Source of the DNA: a virus
Taxonomy: Duplodnaviria > Caudoviricetes
Length of the DNA stretch: 27,938 bases
Virus record (IMG/VR): IMGVR_UViG_3300021978_000004
Coordinates: 1 to 27,938 of that record
Strand: one strand, 5' to 3'
Positions 25,833 through 27,938 of the stretch are shown piece after piece. Numbering within the stretch: position 1 is the stretch's first letter; each line of letters opens with the position of its first letter. The notes beneath the pieces are model-generated. The model was given only the letters and a program-made list of their open reading frames with translations, was not told the DNA's origin and did not search any database. The position numbers and the translations under genes are program-made.

Positions 25833-26083
25833 ATATGGATATCACGCCGTACATGGACGCCATGCTGGCGAATGTTGCTGAAAGCGGGCGGAAGCCGCAG
25901 AACTTCATCGTTCGCGAAGATGACTGGTTCGAACTCGTCAACCGCTACGGCTTGTCACACGATCCCAAGGAGCACAGTGCCCCTCGCTACAAGGGCGTGC
26001 CGGTCGAGTTCGGCCAGGTATCCGATCAAATGATAGTCGCCCTTTATGACACGCAAGGCAAAGCGGTAGTGGAGGAAGGTTGA
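25829..26083 (+). CDS. Hypothetical protein
   Basis: RBS GGAGGA; ATGA overlap with the preceding ORF. Confidence 0.65.
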   Translation: MNMDITPYMDAMLANVAESGRKPQNFIVREDDWFELVNRYGLSHDPKEHSAPRYKGVPVEFGQVSDQMIVALYDTQGKAVVEEG

Positions 26084-26099
26084 TAGCCGAATCCGAAGT

Positions 26100-26534
26100 C
26101 TATTGCGGAAAGACAGCGTGATTCCGGTCCAGCCAGACCAGATAGAACGTTACACCCCACAAAACGCCGTGAATTCTAGCCTTATTGGATTGATCGACCC
26201 GTAGTTCGTGCAGACTCAAATCTGGGCTAAGCTCATCTGGCAGGGTGTATTTTTCGCGGGATGGGCTACCTTTGTGTAGCGAGCAAATTTTCGACCCTGT
26301 GAGCGTCTTTGGATCGTATCCTTGCAGCTTTTCCACCAACGCGCTGAACTTCTTCAGTTCAGGCGCCTTCCATTTTGAAAAACATTCGGCCTGCTTTCGG
26401 TAATATCGCAGGCTGATTGACACCCCCCGCTTCAGCCCCGGGGGGTCGTCCATGTTCAGCGCATCGTCGTCCTCAGGCGGCGCCCCAATCTTGAACTCGC
26501 TAGCTATCCCAAGACTTCCCGATTTTGGCGGCAT
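26100..26534 (-). CDS. Putative toxin partner of Panacea (RelE-like RNase fold suspected)
   Basis: Overlaps the 3' end of the Panacea gene; start uncertain (26534 or 26552); basic protein with C-terminal ELRV...RIHG...FYLVWLDRNHAVFP. Confidence 0.6.
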   Translation of the reverse strand: MPPKSGSLGIASEFKIGAPPEDDDALNMDDPPGLKRGVSISLRYYRKQAECFSKWKAPELKKFSALVEKLQGYDPKTLTGSKICSLHKGSPSREKYTLPDELSPDLSLHELRVDQSNKARIHGVLWGVTFYLVWLDRNHAVFPQ

Positions 26535-26964
26535 AGAAGTCCCGCATCCCATCTTTGGTGATCACGTTCTCGCAGCGGGCTTCTGGCGGCAATCCTCCAC
26601 GAGCTTCCCGCCAAGGATCATGCGAGTGCGTTATGTTCTCCAGCTTTTTGGCTCCATATTGACCGTATTGCTCGAAAACTCGCTCAAGGAAGCTGCGGGT
26701 TTTTCCGTCCAGCGCGTTCGGAGTGTCAACCGGTTCGATCGGTTCCCAACGCTTGTGACTGAAGCGATCATAGATGGACCGGACGACAGGCCCATGCGCC
26801 CACGCCTGGAAATCCTCATCAAAAAGTGCCTCGCCAGTATTCGCGAGATACCAAGCTTGCGAGAAGTACAGCAGCTTCTGCAATTTCAGGTGCGTCATGG
26901 TATCGCCCGCATCGCGGTCAACGCGGCTTATGAACCAATCTGCTATCTCATTTACGGTAGGCAC
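26500..26964 (-). CDS. panA: Panacea (DUF4065 / SocA-like) antitoxin
   Basis: RBS AGGAG and GTG start; hallmark THLKLQKLLYFSQ, FQAWAHGPVV and L..ITH...PW motifs. Confidence 0.9.
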   Translation of the reverse strand: MPTVNEIADWFISRVDRDAGDTMTHLKLQKLLYFSQAWYLANTGEALFDEDFQAWAHGPVVRSIYDRFSHKRWEPIEPVDTPNALDGKTRSFLERVFEQYGQYGAKKLENITHSHDPWREARGGLPPEARCENVITKDGMRDFYAAKIGKSWDS

Positions 26965-27078
26965 GGTGCTAATCTCCTACCTGAGTCTAAGCGCGTACAG
27001 GTGACGCGTAAAGAGTCAGTAGGTGCCCCAAGCTTGAGCGCGACGCCCTCAGAGCCATCTGCTAGGATCTTTCCCGAC

Positions 27079-27098
27079 GCAACACAGATGCAACACAG
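27079..27098 (+). repeat. Direct repeat GCAACACAG x2, probable integrase arm-type sites
   Basis: GCAACACAG-AT-GCAACACAG with an 11-bp period, about 30 bp inside the att core. Confidence 0.6.
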
Positions 27099-27130
27099 GG
27101 CGGAGAACCCTAGGTTTCCCGCCGTTTCCT

Positions 27131-27180
27131 TACGGACTCTGACTCCGTCAATCGTGGTTCGAATCCACGCGGGGCATCCA
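27131..27180 (+). repeat. att site: duplicated 3' 50 bp of tRNA-Gln(CUG)
   Basis: ACGGA-CTCTGAC-TCCGT anticodon arm (CTG), T-arm CGTGG-TTCGAAT-CCACG, acceptor strand and CCA. The 5' acceptor strand and D-arm are absent. Confidence 0.88.
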
Positions 27181-27235
27181 GCTTTCCCTTGCCAGACCGG
27201 ATGTTTTGGCCCCCGCGCGGTGGCAGCGCGGCTGG

Positions 27236-27697
27236 CTAGGCACGCGTTTCGGGCATCGTTTCCTCCGCTTCCAGCGGATCGGCGATTTTCAGCGCCAGGG
27301 CTTCGAGCCGTTCGGCGAGATCGCGCGCTTCATCCTGCGACAGGGCCGACAGGATCGCGCGCTCGACCGCCATGTCCTCGCGAAAGGCGGCTTCGGCCAG
27401 CGCGCGTCCTTCATCCGTCAGTTCGACCGGGAGGCTGCGCTTGTCGCTTCCGGCCGCCGTGCGCCGGACTGCGCCGGACCAGGCCGCGCTTGCCGAGGCG
27501 GTCGAGCCGCGCGGTCAGCCCGCCGGAAGAGATCATCAGCGAGCGATAGAGTTCGGTCGGGCGCAGCCGGTAGGGCGGCCCCGATCGCAGCAGGGTCGAA
27601 AGCACGTCGAACTCCCCCCCATCGATCCCGTGCCGCGCGAAGACCGCCTCGATCAACGGGTGCGCCTGCATCGTGATCCAGCGCAGCCGCCCGAGGG
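27236..27697 (-). pseudogene. MarR-family regulator, 5'-truncated and frameshifted
   Basis: EFDVLSTLLRSGPPYRLRPTEL...SSGGLTARLDRL in one frame and DKRSLPVELTDEGR...* in another, separated by a 10-bp tandem duplication at 27460-27479. Confidence 0.85.
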
Positions 27698-27887
27698 CCC
27701 TGCTTCCTATTTCCCCTCGATCGAAAAGAAATATGGCCGTCCGGTCGCCGAATGGCAGGCGATCGTGCGCGAGCACCTGCCCGCGCGGCACATGGAACTG
27801 CTCGTCCTGCTGAAGGAACGGCACGGCATGGGCCATGGTCACGTGAACGCCATCGTCGCCTACACGCTGGCGCAGGAACGGCAGTAG
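27696..27887 (+). pseudogene. DUF4287-family protein lacking its start
   Basis: GPASYFPSIEKKYGRP..EW...HGMGHGH.NAIV signature; no start codon or RBS; abuts the truncated marR. Confidence 0.75.
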
Positions 27888-27938
27888 AGTCCGACCGGGC
27901 CGCCCGGTGCAGCGGGTCAGGCGGGCAGGGCCTCGGGG

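Larger units (their letters stand above)
1..27180. mobile_element. Integrated prophage (HK97-like head, long non-contractile tail); left end outside the window
   Basis: Colinear packaging, head and tail operon on the minus strand; tyrosine integrase at 24355-25548; tRNA-Gln 3' duplication at 27131-27180 as right boundary; host-type genes beyond it. Confidence 0.93.

Noticed and set aside
27105-27180. Complete tRNA-Gln gene
   Set aside because: No 5' acceptor strand complementary to CGGGGCA and no D-arm; only the 3' fragment is present.
1-27180. Diversity-generating retroelement, invertase or lysis cassette
   Set aside because: No reverse transcriptase, serine invertase, endolysin or spanin motifs seen; these could lie left of the window.
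26452-27549. 365-aa plus-strand ORF
   Set aside because: Antisense to Panacea, crosses att and the marR remnant; no coherent domain.

Overview
Positions 1 to about 27180 are the right-hand part of an apparently intact, integrated siphovirus-like prophage in a high-GC alphaproteobacterium (Sphingomonadales-like; an inference). It ends at a 50-bp duplicated 3' fragment of tRNA-Gln(CUG), which marks the att site. The minus strand carries a complete HK97-type late operon: HNH, terS, terL, portal, protease, capsid, head-tail joining proteins, tail tube, a G/GT chaperone with a -1 slippery site, tape measure, baseplate/tail-tip genes, and a fibre/receptor-binding gene that runs off the left edge. 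The early region is unusually small and resembles a phage satellite (PICI/P4 type): tyrosine integrase, a non-CI wHTH regulator, an AlpA/Xis-like HTH, a stand-alone DUF3987/YfjI replication protein and a TCGCA-repeat origin. No cI/cro, primase or recombination genes are recognisable. A NusG-family (NGN-KOW) paralog sits where a late activator would be, and a structured RNA leader covers the RBS of an unannotated Cys/His micro-ORF coupled to HNH. Cargo includes two lipoproteins, a HIRAN-like protein, a membrane protein, a Zn-ribbon protein and a Panacea antitoxin paired with a putative toxin. No lysis cassette is recognisable; it may lie left of the window. Right of att are host marR and DUF4287 pseudogene remnants. 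All family calls come from motif recognition by eye, not from database searches.
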